Assembly: GCA_965248265.1 (NCBI GenBank)
Contig: CBDFJF010000001.1
Coordinates: 2,112,001-2,176,000 of the forward strand
Direction of reading: 5' to 3'
Source: Candidatus Latescibacterota bacterium
GTDB lineage: Bacteria > Latescibacterota > UBA2968 > UBA8231
Length of the DNA: 64,000 nt
Positions 39,160-49,829 of this stretch are shown piece after piece. The notes beneath the pieces were generated by a model. That model was not told the DNA's origin and did not search any database. It worked only from the letters and a program-made list of their open reading frames with translations. The stretch's first letter is position 1; the number at the start of each line of letters is the position of its first letter. The position numbers were made by a program, and so were the translations under genes.

Positions 39160-40848
39160 TCATGCCCTCCTGAGCTGCCGGTACTTTATGCGATGTGGCT
39201 GCTCCGCTTCTTCGCCCAGACGCTGGCGGCGGCGTTCTTCGTACTCAGAGTAGTTGCCTTCGAACCACACTACTTCGCTGTCGCCTTCGAAGGCCAGGAT
39301 GTGCGTGGCGATGCGATCCAGGAACCAGCGATCATGGCTGATCACGACAGCACAGCCGGCGAAGTTCTCCAGGCCTTCCTCCAGCGCCCTCATCGTATTC
39401 ACATCCAGATCGTTCGTGGGCTCGTCCAACAGTAGCACGTTGGCACCCTGTTTGAGAATCTTGGCCAGGTGTAGGCGGTTGCGCTCTCCACCCGACAAAG
39501 TGCCGACCAGTTTCTGCTGGTCCCCACCGGCAAAGTTGAACCGACCGGCATAGGCACGGGAATTCAGCCGCCGGTCGCCCAGGACCACCTCCTCTTCACC
39601 GCCGGAGATTTCCTGCCACACTGTCTTGTCTCCGTCCAGCGTTTCTCGGCTCTGGTCCACGTAAGCCAGCTGCACCGTCTGGCCTACCTGAAGATCGCCG
39701 GCGTCGGGCTTCTCCTGACCGACGATCATGCGAAACAGGGTGGTCTTGCCGGCGCCATTGGGGCCGATCACCCCGACGATACCACCAGCAGGTAGCGCGA
39801 AGGTCATTCCTTCGAATAGAAGGCGACCCTCGTAGCCTTTGCTGGTCCCCTTGGCCTCAATCACGAGCTCACCCAATCGCGGACCCGGCGGAATGTAGAT
39901 CTCCAGATCGCGATCACGCTGCACGCGATCCTCGTTGAGTCGTTCCTCGTAAGCTCGGATCCGCGCCTTGCTCTTGCTCTGCCGCGCCTTGGGAGCCATG
40001 CGGATCCATTCCAACTCCCGCTGCAAAGTCTTCTGGCGCTCTCCCTCGGAGCGTTCCTCTCTTGCCAGTCGGGCCTGCTTTTGATCGAGCCAGGATGAAT
40101 AGTTGCCCTTCCACGGGATGCCCTCTCCTTGATCCAGTTCGAGTATCCAACCGGCGACGTTGTCGAGAAAATAGCGATCATGCGTCACGGCGATCACGGT
40201 GCCGGCGTACTCCTGCAAGTGTCGCTCCAACCAGGCCACCGACTCAGCATCCAGATGGTTGGTCGGCTCGTCCAGCAGCAGAATGTCCGGTTGCCGCAAC
40301 AGCAGCCGGCACAGAGCAACTCGGCGGCGCTCGCCGCCTGAAATGATGTCGACGCACGTTTCCTCGGGGGGACAGCGAAGCGCGTCCATGGCCATCTGCA
40401 GCTTGCTGTCCAGGTCCCAGGCATCGGCCGCATCGATCTTCTCCTGCACGGTTGACTGTTTCTGCAACAGCTCGTTCATCTCGTCGTCTGACATCGGTTC
40501 GGCGAATTTCTCGTTGATCTGCTCGTACTCCTGCAGCAGATCGACGACGTCCTGAACCCCTTCCTCGACGAGCTGCCGTACCGTCTTGCCCTTGGACAAA
40601 ACAGGCTCCTGCTCCAAAAACCCAACCGTGTGGCCGGGGGCCAGGACCACTTCACCCTCAAATTCGGTGTCGACGCCGGCCATGATGCGCAGAAGCGTGC
40701 TCTTTCCCGCTCCGTTTAATCCCAGCACACCGATCTTGGCCCCGTAGAAATAGGACAGGGAAATATCCTTGAGCACGGCCTTTTTGTTGTGAAGTTTGCT
40801 GACCCTCATCATCGAGTAGATGATTTTCTCTGGCTCATGCTCACTCAT
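39160..40848 (-). CDS. ettA: Energy-dependent translational throttle ABC-F protein
   Basis: [55 protein letters not shown]. Confidence 0.95.
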   Translation of the reverse strand: MSEHEPEKIIYSMMRVSKLHNKKAVLKDISLSYFYGAKIGVLGLNGAGKSTLLRIMAGVDTEFEGEVVLAPGHTVGFLEQEPVLSKGKTVRQLVEEGVQDVVDLLQEYEQINEKFAEPMSDDEMNELLQKQSTVQEKIDAADAWDLDSKLQMAMDALRCPPEETCVDIISGGERRRVALCRLLLRQPDILLLDEPTNHLDAESVAWLERHLQEYAGTVIAVTHDRYFLDNVAGWILELDQGEGIPWKGNYSSWLDQKQARLAREERSEGERQKTLQRELEWIRMAPKARQSKSKARIRAYEERLNEDRVQRDRDLEIYIPPGPRLGELVIEAKGTSKGYEGRLLFEGMTFALPAGGIVGVIGPNGAGKTTLFRMIVGQEKPDAGDLQVGQTVQLAYVDQSRETLDGDKTVWQEISGGEEEVVLGDRRLNSRAYAGRFNFAGGDQQKLVGTLSGGERNRLHLAKILKQGANVLLLDEPTNDLDVNTMRALEEGLENFAGCAVVISHDRWFLDRIATHILAFEGDSEVVWFEGNYSEYEERRRQRLGEEAEQPHRIKYRQLRRA

Positions 40849-40939
40849 CGATCTGATTCTCCTCTTTCATTTCATAGTTCATTGGCATTGGAGACCGGAG
40901 CAGCACTACCATCGCGATCCCGATGCCCACGCGCAAGAC

Positions 40940-42058
40940 ATGAGCAATTCCGTATCTTTTGGACGGCCGCAGCTTACACCAGGAAAGGTAATGGACAAAG
41001 ACCTCAGTTCCCCCGGCATGTTCATCGGCGTACAAGGGGAAGACGTCATCTCCTTCGGCTCAGGCCAACCCGACTTGCCTCCACCACCAGAAGCCTACGA
41101 GATCCTGCCGCACTACCGCGACTTCAAATATGGCCTCATTCAGGGCATGGTAGAGCTGCGCGAGGCCCTGGCGCAAAACTACCCAAGCTCGACTTCGGAG
41201 AGCTTCGTAATCACCAACGGCGCCTCCGAAGCACTCGACCTGGTGTTGCGAACGATCTCTGCTCAGGGCGACCCCAACAAGAACCGGGTGCTCATGGCCA
41301 GGCCCTACTACTACTCGTATCCCGAAATGGTGCGCTTTGCCGGCATGGAGCCGGTGTTCACGGACACCAGGGCCGGTCGTATAGACTTCGATGACTTCGC
41401 CGGCAAGGTGGCGGGCTGCAAGGCCGTCATCATCAACTCCCCTTCCAATCCGACGGGTCGCGTCGAGGCCATCGACACCCTGAAGAAGATCGAGCAACTG
41501 ACCAGCGAGTTGGGCGTCTACGTGCTCTCGGACGAGGTCTACAAGGATCTCATATACGTGCGTGAAAATTACCTCATACAGGGCCCGCATGTGGTCACCA
41601 TCAATTCGTTCTCGAAAACCTATGCCATGTGCGGGTTTCGCGTCGGCTACCTGTGGTCCCTCGACCGCGATCTGGTCGATCACGTCATCGCCATCAAAAC
41701 ACACACTTCCATGAACACGAACATCCTCGGCCAGGAAATGGCCCTGGCGGCCATCGGGGTGCCAGCAGACTTCATCAGCGAGCAGTTGCAAGTCTGGAAC
41801 CAGCGCCGTGACTTGATCTACGACGGACTGTCTGCCCTGGGCCTCGATTTGTGGAAGCCGGAGGGCGCGTTCTACGTCTTGCCGAAAGTGGAACGACCGC
41901 GAGACTTCGTATGGGATATGTACCAGCGCCATCAGGTCATCACCTACCTCGGCGAATGGTTCGGATCGCCGGATCGCGTGCGGCTGTCGTACGCCCTGGA
42001 TGTCGACAAGATTGAGGTGGGACTCGAGCGCATGGCAGCCTACCTGAAGAAACGCTGA
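40940..42058 (+). CDS. Class I/II PLP-dependent aminotransferase
   Basis: GQPD, NSPSNPTG, SDEVY, SFSKTYAMCGFRVG. Confidence 0.9.
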   Translation: MSNSVSFGRPQLTPGKVMDKDLSSPGMFIGVQGEDVISFGSGQPDLPPPPEAYEILPHYRDFKYGLIQGMVELREALAQNYPSSTSESFVITNGASEALDLVLRTISAQGDPNKNRVLMARPYYYSYPEMVRFAGMEPVFTDTRAGRIDFDDFAGKVAGCKAVIINSPSNPTGRVEAIDTLKKIEQLTSELGVYVLSDEVYKDLIYVRENYLIQGPHVVTINSFSKTYAMCGFRVGYLWSLDRDLVDHVIAIKTHTSMNTNILGQEMALAAIGVPADFISEQLQVWNQRRDLIYDGLSALGLDLWKPEGAFYVLPKVERPRDFVWDMYQRHQVITYLGEWFGSPDRVRLSYALDVDKIEVGLERMAAYLKKR

Positions 42059-42067
42059 GCGTATACG

Positions 42068-42230
42068 ATGGCCTCACTCACCGACCGCACTGCTCTCGTG
42101 ACTGGCGCTGGCCGGGGCATTGGCAAGGGATGCGCCCTGGCATTGGCTCGTCACCGGTTCGGTCCTGCCCGTTGACGGCGCCTTCCGCTTCAAGGACTGT
42201 CGCCCACGCGACCTGACACCTGGAGAATGA
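42068..42230 (+). pseudogene. SDR gene collapsed by a large internal deletion
   Basis: MASLTDRTALVTGAGRGIGKGCALALARH joined out of frame to TGSVLPVDGAFRFKD...* near 42152. Confidence 0.8.
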
Positions 42231-42239
42231 GCACCTGTC

Positions 42240-43151
42240 ATGCAACTGCAACAAAATCGGATCGATGCGCCTGAAGAAGGCCCCAGGCTGCTGATAACAG
42301 GGGGTGTCCACGGCGATGAGTTCGAGCCGATGGCGGCGTCACGCAGGATGATCAAACTGCTGGAGTCCGGGAAAGTAAAGCTGTTACGTGGAGGACTCAC
42401 CATCGTCCCCGTGGTCAACGAAGCCGCCTTCCTGCATGGAGCCCGGGCGGCAGAGGACGGACTCGACCTGGCCCGGATCTGTCCGGGCGATGAGGATGGC
42501 ACCACGACTGAACGTACAGGGGCCGCGCTGAGCAAGCTGATCGCCGAAACCGAATATTACATCGACCTGCACACCGGCGGTACCATCATGGCAGTCGTAC
42601 CCATGACCGGTTACGGACTGCACTCGGATCCGCAGATCCTGGAGCAGCAACGCCGCATGGCGCAGGCCTTCAACCTTCCCTTCATCTGGGGTACCTGGCC
42701 GGGTCACGACGGCCGCTCCCTGTCGGTGGCGCGCGACGCCGGCATCCCCGCTATATATACAGAGTACGGCGGTGCCGCGGTTTGTGTGGCTGATGCGGTG
42801 GAAGCCTACGTCGACGGTTGCCTCAATGTCATGGGCATGCTTGGAATGATCGAGCGAGCGCAACCACGCTCTCGCGTCGAGCACGTCGTCGAAGACGATC
42901 GTCCCGATTCCGGTCACATGCAGGTGTGCTATCCGTCGCCGATGACCGGGTTCTTCGAATCCGCCGTGCGCTTGGGAGACCCGATCGTGAAGGGCGATCT
43001 TTTCGGCACGGTGTCTGATGTGCTGGGCCGCGACGTGCGTGTGGTGCCCGCCGAGCAGAGCGGCATCGTGCTGACCCTGCGCACCTTCACTCGCGTGCTG
43101 GAAGGGGATAGCCTGGGGGTCATCGTGGAGACGGCGGGTGGCCGCGGCTGA
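42240..43151 (+). CDS. Succinylglutamate desuccinylase/aspartoacylase (M14) family protein
   Basis: GGVHGDE, DLARICPG, IDLHTGG, TEYGG, C-terminal barrel-sandwich domain. Confidence 0.88.
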   Translation: MQLQQNRIDAPEEGPRLLITGGVHGDEFEPMAASRRMIKLLESGKVKLLRGGLTIVPVVNEAAFLHGARAAEDGLDLARICPGDEDGTTTERTGAALSKLIAETEYYIDLHTGGTIMAVVPMTGYGLHSDPQILEQQRRMAQAFNLPFIWGTWPGHDGRSLSVARDAGIPAIYTEYGGAAVCVADAVEAYVDGCLNVMGMLGMIERAQPRSRVEHVVEDDRPDSGHMQVCYPSPMTGFFESAVRLGDPIVKGDLFGTVSDVLGRDVRVVPAEQSGIVLTLRTFTRVLEGDSLGVIVETAGGRG

Positions 43152-44064
43152 ACCCCTCTTCCGCTTTGCCCAGATAAACGACCTGCACATGCCGGGGCCA
43201 GCGCTCGAAGCGGCGGATGAGCAAGCGAGCGAGCGCGGAGAACGAGCGCGCTGGCTCGTCAATGCCCTCCACGGCGAATCCTCCTCCTCCGAATCCCGCC
43301 TACCCCCACTCGACCTAATCCTGGGCGTCGGTGACTTCGTCCAGGGAGATGATGCCGAGTCGGCATCCACGGAACTCGACCTCTTCGCTTCGATGATGAG
43401 GGCACGCCAAGTGCCGTTCTATCCCGTGGTTGGCAATCACGACTACGAAGCAGGCAACGCCGAGGCCGAACGGCGTTTCCTGGAAGCTTGCGGTCAATCG
43501 GCGCCAAGCTATAGCTTCGAGCACCGAGGCATGGCCTTCATCATGCTCGACAACCGGCCGCTGTCGTCGCCGGAGTCGAACAGCCAGCGAATTGAATGGT
43601 TGCGGACGACCCTTGAGCAGCACGACTTGCCAAAGATCGTCTGTTGCCACATCCCCCTCATACCACTGAGGAATCAACGCAGTATGGAGCGAGCCGGGGT
43701 CGAAGGGTTCAGCCCCGGAGTGGTCGAAATGTTGGAAGTGGTGGAAGATCACTCAGACAGCCTGCTTGCCGTGCTGTCCGGCCACCTTCATCTCAGCGGA
43801 TTTCGCTGCACCCGATCGATTTTTCACATATGCATCGCCGGCACAGCGAGCTTTCCGTGCGATTTTGCCCTCTACTCCGTTTACGCTGACCGCATCGAAG
43901 TGGAGGTGCGGCAGCTGCCACTCACCCTTCTGCCGGAGCCTGCCAATTCCGGCTACAGCTCCGAGAAACTTGGGACCGACCTCGTCGACGGGGACCACGC
44001 CACCAACATCGAATTCATCATGGGGACCTACGACGAAAGGCGTTTCGTCATCTCGATGAAATGA
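43138..44064 (+). CDS. Calcineurin-like metallophosphoesterase
   Basis: NDLH, GD, GNHD, HIP, SGHLH. Confidence 0.88.
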   Translation: MAAAEPLFRFAQINDLHMPGPALEAADEQASERGERARWLVNALHGESSSSESRLPPLDLILGVGDFVQGDDAESASTELDLFASMMRARQVPFYPVVGNHDYEAGNAEAERRFLEACGQSAPSYSFEHRGMAFIMLDNRPLSSPESNSQRIEWLRTTLEQHDLPKIVCCHIPLIPLRNQRSMERAGVEGFSPGVVEMLEVVEDHSDSLLAVLSGHLHLSGFRCTRSIFHICIAGTASFPCDFALYSVYADRIEVEVRQLPLTLLPEPANSGYSSEKLGTDLVDGDHATNIEFIMGTYDERRFVISMK

Positions 44065-44172
44065 AGGGCACCCGCGACGCAGGTGCTCCGATTTCCCTTG
44101 GTATCTGAGGCCATAGTGTATATTGTTGGTCCCACCCCTGGATCCACGGCACGAATCTTTGTGAGGAATAGT

Positions 44173-45114
44173 ATGGCTGGCGAACGCGGTAACTCGGCTT
44201 TGGTCCAGATCATCAAGAAGATCCCGGTGTTCGAGCAGCTGTCTCCGAACCAGGTGCAGAAACTGCTGTCGATCTGCGTCTCAAAGACCTGTGACGCCGA
44301 TGATGTGCTGTGCGCTCACGGCACCCCCAGCGATGAGATGTTCGTGTTGATTTCGGGGGAACTCGCCATCGTCACCCCTGACGGTACCCGTGTGGCGACG
44401 GTGAAGCCGGTCACGACCGTAGGTGAGATGGGATTGGTGACGCGGCAGACGCGCGCGGCCACCGTGCAGGCGACCAAGCCGACCAAGGTGCTCGTCCTCA
44501 ACAAGAGCCAATTCGAAAACCTGCTGCGCAACGACCCCAGCGTGCAAGCGAGAGTCTACCGCAATATCATCGGCATTCTTTCAGACCGGATCGTCAACGA
44601 CAACGTGCGCATGCGCGACCACCTTGTCGAACAGGTCCGATTCGAAAAGCGCGTCAAGGAGGAAAAACGCCGCACCGACATCGTCCTGGACATGTTAACC
44701 GAGAATACCGACATCGCGCGCGAAGAGGCTCAATCCCGGGTGGACGACCAGATGATGGAGTCACCCGCTTTTACCGTCCTGATCGTTGACGATGAACCCG
44801 AGGTCCGGGATTTCGTCACCCGTGCGTTGTCACAGTACGACGTGGTCCAGGCCAGCGGTGGCACGGATGCTCTTGAAGTCGTGCAGCAAGCAAGCCCCGA
44901 TCTGGTCCTCGCTGATATCAAAATGCCAGACATGGATGGATTCGCGCTGTTGGGCAAATTGCGTGAGTCGAATCCCGGCCTGCCGGTCGTAGCCATCTCC
45001 GGCTACGCTCAGGAAATAGACATCGACGAACACGACTTCGACGGATTCATTCAAAAGCCGGTCGATCTCGAGAGTTTCCGCTTGACTGTGGAGAAGTCGC
45101 TGTCCCGGGACTAG
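44173..45114 (+). CDS. cNMP-binding domain + receiver domain protein (paralogue 1)
   Basis: IPVFEQL, GEMGLVTRQTRAATV, coiled coil, REC VDDE..ADIKMPDMDG..KP. Confidence 0.88.
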   Translation: MAGERGNSALVQIIKKIPVFEQLSPNQVQKLLSICVSKTCDADDVLCAHGTPSDEMFVLISGELAIVTPDGTRVATVKPVTTVGEMGLVTRQTRAATVQATKPTKVLVLNKSQFENLLRNDPSVQARVYRNIIGILSDRIVNDNVRMRDHLVEQVRFEKRVKEEKRRTDIVLDMLTENTDIAREEAQSRVDDQMMESPAFTVLIVDDEPEVRDFVTRALSQYDVVQASGGTDALEVVQQASPDLVLADIKMPDMDGFALLGKLRESNPGLPVVAISGYAQEIDIDEHDFDGFIQKPVDLESFRLTVEKSLSRD

Positions 45115-45344
45115 GACGCTAGACCCGCTCCGACGCTGGTCGAAATCTCACACCACCACCGCATCAAGATGCGTTCCACCTGGTTATCTCTTTCCCAGAT
45201 TCGTTGCATATTTCGCCCAGCAGGTGCCTGGATTTTTTCTTGGCGTGCAGAATTCGCATGACTATCCTTGAAAAGCAGGGCAGCAGAGATTCGCCTCCCC
45301 CTGCACCGCAGACGCTGTACATATGGAGATGATTGAGGAGCGAA

Positions 45345-46280
45345 ATGGCAGGAGAGCGTAGTTCAGCCCTGATTCAAATCATCGGGAAGATCCCGATCTT
45401 TCAGCAGCTCGCACCCAATCAGGTCCAGAAACTGTTGGGGATTTGCGTGGCGAGAACCTGCGAGACCGACGAGGTCTTGTGCGCCCACGGCACCTTCAGT
45501 GAGGAAATGTTCGTGTTGATCTCGGGAGAGTTGACCGTCGAGGCCCCCGACGGCGCTGAACTTGCGACCGTCAAGCCGGTGACTACGGTCGGCGAAATGG
45601 GGTTGGTGACAAAACAGGAACGCACCGCCACGATCAAAGCCAGCAAACCGACTCGCGTGCTGGTGCTGCAGAAAAGCAGATTCGAGAATCTGCTGCGGGG
45701 TGATATCGCGGCACAGGCGAGAATCTATCGCAATATCATCGGCATCCTGTCAGACAGGATAGTGAACGACAATACCAGAATGCGCGATCATCTTGTCGAG
45801 CAGGTACAGCAGGAAGAGCGCGTCTCGGAACAGAGCCGCAGGTCGGACATGGCGATAAAGATGCTGGCCAAGGAGGCCGGCATCCCTCAACAGGAGGCCG
45901 AGACCCGCGTCGACAGTGAGTTGGCTGAGACGAGCGCCTTCACGGTACTCGTCGTCGACGACGAGCCCCAGATCCGCAGCTTCCTCACACGCGCACTATC
46001 CCAATACAAAGTGGTCGAGGCCGGCGATGGCAACGAGGCGCTCGAGATCATCCAGAGCACCACACCTGACCTCGTTATCGCCGACATCAGAATGCCGGAC
46101 ATGGATGGCTTTGCCTTGTTGGGCAAGCTGCGCGAATCAGACCCCAACGTGCCGGTTGTCGCGATTTCTGGATTCGTTTCAGAAGAGGATGTCATCGAGT
46201 ATGATTTCGATGGGTTCCTTCCCAAACCCATCGATCTCGAGACCATGATGCAGACAGTCGAGAAGTCACTGTCTCGCTGA
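45345..46280 (+). CDS. cNMP-binding domain + receiver domain protein (paralogue 2)
   Basis: Co-linear paralogue of 44173-45114; GEMGLVTKQERTATI. Confidence 0.88.
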   Translation: MAGERSSALIQIIGKIPIFQQLAPNQVQKLLGICVARTCETDEVLCAHGTFSEEMFVLISGELTVEAPDGAELATVKPVTTVGEMGLVTKQERTATIKASKPTRVLVLQKSRFENLLRGDIAAQARIYRNIIGILSDRIVNDNTRMRDHLVEQVQQEERVSEQSRRSDMAIKMLAKEAGIPQQEAETRVDSELAETSAFTVLVVDDEPQIRSFLTRALSQYKVVEAGDGNEALEIIQSTTPDLVIADIRMPDMDGFALLGKLRESDPNVPVVAISGFVSEEDVIEYDFDGFLPKPIDLETMMQTVEKSLSR

Positions 46281-46313
46281 CGAAAACCCTACTCCGCCGC
46301 TATTTCTATTGCA

Positions 46314-46787
46314 CTATGGGGCCGGTCCCGGCTCCTGGCTTTCGCCAGACGGGGCGCTGTCGCGCTCTTGTTGTGCTTGTGCTTCCGCCGCCGCCGCGGC
46401 ATCTGCATCTGCTTTTGCCTTCGCAGCGTCCTGCGCCTGAACCACAAGCTCGACGTTGGAGAGCCGCTCGTCGAGAGCCTTCAAGCGTTTCATCGTCGAA
46501 TTGGAGTGCCTGACGGACAGCAAATCTGAAGGTTCTGGCATTGCATGGTCTTCCTCGAGCTCCAGCATCTCACGCTCAAGGCCAATGAGTAGTTGACCGT
46601 TGAAGAACAAACTCATGCTGAGTCGTCGAAGATTGTCGATCCGCAGCCGGGCATTGTGACTCTTCTTTACCAGGGACTCGACCTTGTCCAGCGTTTCTGC
46701 CATGCGACGACGCTTGCGGTCCATGTCGTACAGCATGAGGCCCACCAGTGCCAAAGCGCCAATGATGGCGAAGAAAATGGTTGTCAC
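46314..46787 (-). CDS. Hypothetical N-terminally anchored coiled-coil protein
   Basis: N-terminal TM, helical body, Ala/Gln-rich tail; GGGAG RBS. Confidence 0.7.
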   Translation of the reverse strand: MTTIFFAIIGALALVGLMLYDMDRKRRRMAETLDKVESLVKKSHNARLRIDNLRRLSMSLFFNGQLLIGLEREMLELEEDHAMPEPSDLLSVRHSNSTMKRLKALDERLSNVELVVQAQDAAKAKADADAAAAAEAQAQQERDSAPSGESQEPGPAP

Positions 46788-47001
46788 TTCGGCACCGTGC
46801 TCCCTTGTGTGCGGGGGTAAATCAGATATTCAAGAAGGGGTTGGTCTGAGGAGTTGTTCTTACAAATCACAGGCTTTGAGTCGGTTTCCGCAAACGGTTT
46901 CAGCAAACGTGTTCGTTGACTCTTGCTAGCCAGGACCTCCGTATTATTACGGATAGGCGCATGGTGCGTCAAGCTTGGGGCAACGCTGACAAATCAATAA
47001 C

Positions 47002-47014
47002 AATCAATCTGTTA
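47002..47014 (+). promoter_or_regulatory. IHF consensus site in AT-rich divergent intergenic region
   Basis: AATCAATCTGTTA, exact match to WATCAANNNNTTR. Confidence 0.45.
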
Positions 47015-47197
47015 CGAAATCCGCACGACACCGATTCACTGATTTTTGTAGCAAAAATGGACAAGAGTCATACGGAAACGCCAAGTTGATCCGGCCTTTG
47101 GGAAGAGCGGCTTGCCCATGGGCGCCTAGAGATCGAAGATATAGGGGTCCGGGCGGAATATCGACTGTATCACAGGAAGGTCTGCCTCCATCACCAT

Positions 47198-48535
47198 ATG
47201 AAACAAGTCGTTCATACCGAGCGCGAGTTCGCCCTCATTATCCGCCAGGCTCCGGATCCACCGCCGGTCATGCTCGTCTACCTGCGGCTGTTGCTCAATC
47301 ACCTGTACGGCCTGGAAATCCTCAACGGCCAGAAACTCCCCGACGTTGCCTCATTGGTCATGGAACATGGGCACAGCGTGCGCAGCATATTCCTGATTCA
47401 AAACGAGGAGATTTCGAGCCGCAACACCATCTCCGCGTTGAGCCAGAGAGGCAACCTGCCCGTCGTCCTCGTCATGCCGCCGCACCTGGCACAAGGCCAC
47501 GTCGCCATTTGTCAGGGTATGAAGAACGTATTCATTTGCGATTGGGATAAAGCCGTCGGCAACGCTGACACCTCCCTCCAGACCATAGTAGCTGGCGCCT
47601 TCGAAGCGCAGGGAATCGTCAAGCTGCCAACCGACGATGGCGAGCTGCCGCATGGGTTGCTGAAGAAACGCATTCAACAGCGACTCAAGTTCGGTGACAC
47701 ACTCCCCACGCTGCCGGAAATCGTCCTCCGTATCACACAAATGCTGGCCGATCCCCGCACCACGGCCGACGACCTCGAGGAGGTTATAAGCACCGACCAC
47801 GCCATCGTCCACAGACTCCTGCACGTGGTCAAGTCCTCCGTGTTCCAGGGAACACGGACGGATGGGCACTGGACGCTGAAGGAGGCCATCGTGCGCCTGG
47901 GGTCGAAACAGGTGGGGGCCGTAGCCCAGCAAGTCAAGCTCATCAACAGCCTGGTGCGGCCGGAGAACAGCCAATTCAACATCCGCCGGTTCTGGGAACA
48001 CTCTGTCGGTTGCGCCATTATCGCCGACAAGCTCTACGCCGACAAGCTGATTCCGATGAACACGAAGCTGGAGTTCGATCTCTACTGGATCGCTGCCCTC
48101 CTGCACGACGTCGGCAAGCTGATCCTTGGTTTTTTCGCCTGGGACTACTTCCAGGCGGTGATCGCCCGCATGCGAGAGGGCAATACCTCCTTCCAGCGCG
48201 CCGAAGAGCGCCTCGGACACGAAGTCACCCACGAGCATATTGGCCAGCTGTTGATGTTGAACTCCGATGCCGACAAACAGCTGGTGCAGGTTGCCGGCAA
48301 CCACAACAGTACCGGGGCCCAGCCAACGCCGCTCGTATCCTTGATCCACGTGGCGGACAACCTGGCCAAGGACTTCGGCATGGGATACCTGGAGGACGAA
48401 AGAGGGATCTATAACTCGTCCGTTTTGGTGACGCTGGGGATAACCAGAAAAGACATAGACAGCATTCGCGCCTCGATGGGCGACAGCATGGTGCGGGAAG
48501 TGCGCGAAATCGTCAGCAGATGCCTCCGGAGCTGA
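47198..48535 (+). CDS. HDOD domain protein
   Basis: LPTLPEIV, EAIVRLG, FWEHSVGCA, ALLHDVGKLIL, THEHIG, IHVAD. Confidence 0.9.
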   Translation: MKQVVHTEREFALIIRQAPDPPPVMLVYLRLLLNHLYGLEILNGQKLPDVASLVMEHGHSVRSIFLIQNEEISSRNTISALSQRGNLPVVLVMPPHLAQGHVAICQGMKNVFICDWDKAVGNADTSLQTIVAGAFEAQGIVKLPTDDGELPHGLLKKRIQQRLKFGDTLPTLPEIVLRITQMLADPRTTADDLEEVISTDHAIVHRLLHVVKSSVFQGTRTDGHWTLKEAIVRLGSKQVGAVAQQVKLINSLVRPENSQFNIRRFWEHSVGCAIIADKLYADKLIPMNTKLEFDLYWIAALLHDVGKLILGFFAWDYFQAVIARMREGNTSFQRAEERLGHEVTHEHIGQLLMLNSDADKQLVQVAGNHNSTGAQPTPLVSLIHVADNLAKDFGMGYLEDERGIYNSSVLVTLGITRKDIDSIRASMGDSMVREVREIVSRCLRS

Positions 48536-48554
48536 GACGCGACCGACACCTCCA

Positions 48555-49529
48555 CTAGATCACGACACGCCCACCCTCCGCCGCAGCCCTTTCAGCCCCC
48601 GCACTGATACGCGAAGAATCAAGCGATCGTTCAAGATCCTCGCGCCACAGTTCCTGCTCACCCAGAACCTCTTGCAGAAACATCTCCTCCATGCTCGCCG
48701 AAGCTTGCTCCTCCGCTTCAACAGCCTCTACACCGTCCGAAGTCGATCGCATCCACCCAGTGCCAGCTTCATTCATCAACGTGCCTTCCCCAAGCACGAG
48801 GCGCTGATACTGCTCGGCCTCGACAATCGGTACGCCTCCAGCCCAGGTCCAGTGAGCCTGACCCCCGCCCACAAACCCGACCGTCACCGTGTTGACGAAG
48901 CGCTCGTAGCGCCCGTCATCGCCAAGCCCAATGTAATCCGCATACCCTTCGACCCATTCCGCCGGCCCAAACAGATCCACGAGCGGGTAAATCTGGTAGA
49001 TAAAGAACAGGGCCGGCGGCCCTGACACCTCAAGATTGAACAGCATCTCCGGACGTGCACCTCGACCAGGCGTCAACCGCACGAAGAGAGCCGTCAGCAA
49101 CGGACCCATCGAAGACACCGCTCGTTTGAGCCCGCGATGCCTGGAGGAGTAGGATTCGTTGTGGGCGACCCTCAATACTCGATCGGAGTCCTGCGCCAAC
49201 TGCACCAGTCGTTCGCCGTCCTCCAGATGCCGCGCCAGCGGGTACTCCAGGAACACATGCTTGCCGGCCTCAAGCGCCGCGCATGCCATATCCGCATGGC
49301 TGTCGTTGTTCGTGCACACAGCGACAGCATCCACGTCATCTCGCTGAACAAGCTCCTGCCAGTTGACGGCAAGCGTCAAGCTGTGCTTGCCCGCAAGCTC
49401 CGTACCCGTCTCCGGGTTCCGTGCCGCCAACGCCACCAACTCACAGCCATCCAGACTCGAGAATGTCGCCGCCCTCGACCCTGCCATCCCACCCGAGCCC
49501 ACGATGCCAACGCGGATAGGTTCAGCCAT
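48555..49529 (-). CDS. Gfo/Idh/MocA family oxidoreductase
   Basis: VGIVGSGGMA, AGKHVFLEYP. Confidence 0.88.
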   Translation of the reverse strand: MAEPIRVGIVGSGGMAGSRAATFSSLDGCELVALAARNPETGTELAGKHSLTLAVNWQELVQRDDVDAVAVCTNNDSHADMACAALEAGKHVFLEYPLARHLEDGERLVQLAQDSDRVLRVAHNESYSSRHRGLKRAVSSMGPLLTALFVRLTPGRGARPEMLFNLEVSGPPALFFIYQIYPLVDLFGPAEWVEGYADYIGLGDDGRYERFVNTVTVGFVGGGQAHWTWAGGVPIVEAEQYQRLVLGEGTLMNEAGTGWMRSTSDGVEAVEAEEQASASMEEMFLQEVLGEQELWREDLERSLDSSRISAGAERAAAEGGRVVI

Positions 49530-49585
49530 TCGTCCACCTTATCGTTTTGTTGAACCGACAGCGTTTTGTCCCATAAGCTGCGATC

Positions 49586-49700
49586 TTGGGTTGTCTTTTG
49601 ACCTGCGGTCCATGGGGTGGTAATTCGGGTTTGGTTGGGTTGGGTTCGGGTTGGTTTTGGTTGATCGGTTTGCTTTTGCTTTGATTGGTTTGTCGGTCGC
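49586..49700 (+). repeat. G/T-rich low-complexity tract with G-quadruplex motif
   Basis: GGG-TTTGGTT-GGG-TT-GGG-TTC-GGG at 49627-49650 within GGTT-type repeats. Confidence 0.7.
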
Positions 49701-49765
49701 GTGTTGTGGCGAAGCGTCGTCTGTTGGTCTGCGCAGCAGGACCGCGTAGCGGACCAACAGTCGAT

Positions 49766-49794
49766 CCGAAGGGAGCCAGGATGGCTCCCTTCGG
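49766..49794. repeat. Perfect 13-bp inverted repeat (REP-like element or terminator hairpin)
   Basis: CCGAAGGGAGCCA-GGA-TGGCTCCCTTCGG. Confidence 0.8.
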
Positions 49795-49829
49795 TTTAGC
49801 GCAGCCACAACACGCGACCGGCACCTCCA

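Noticed and set aside
45240-45260. Sigma54 promoter before cNMP-REC paralogue 2
   Set aside because: The GG to GC spacing is 14 nt, not the required 12.
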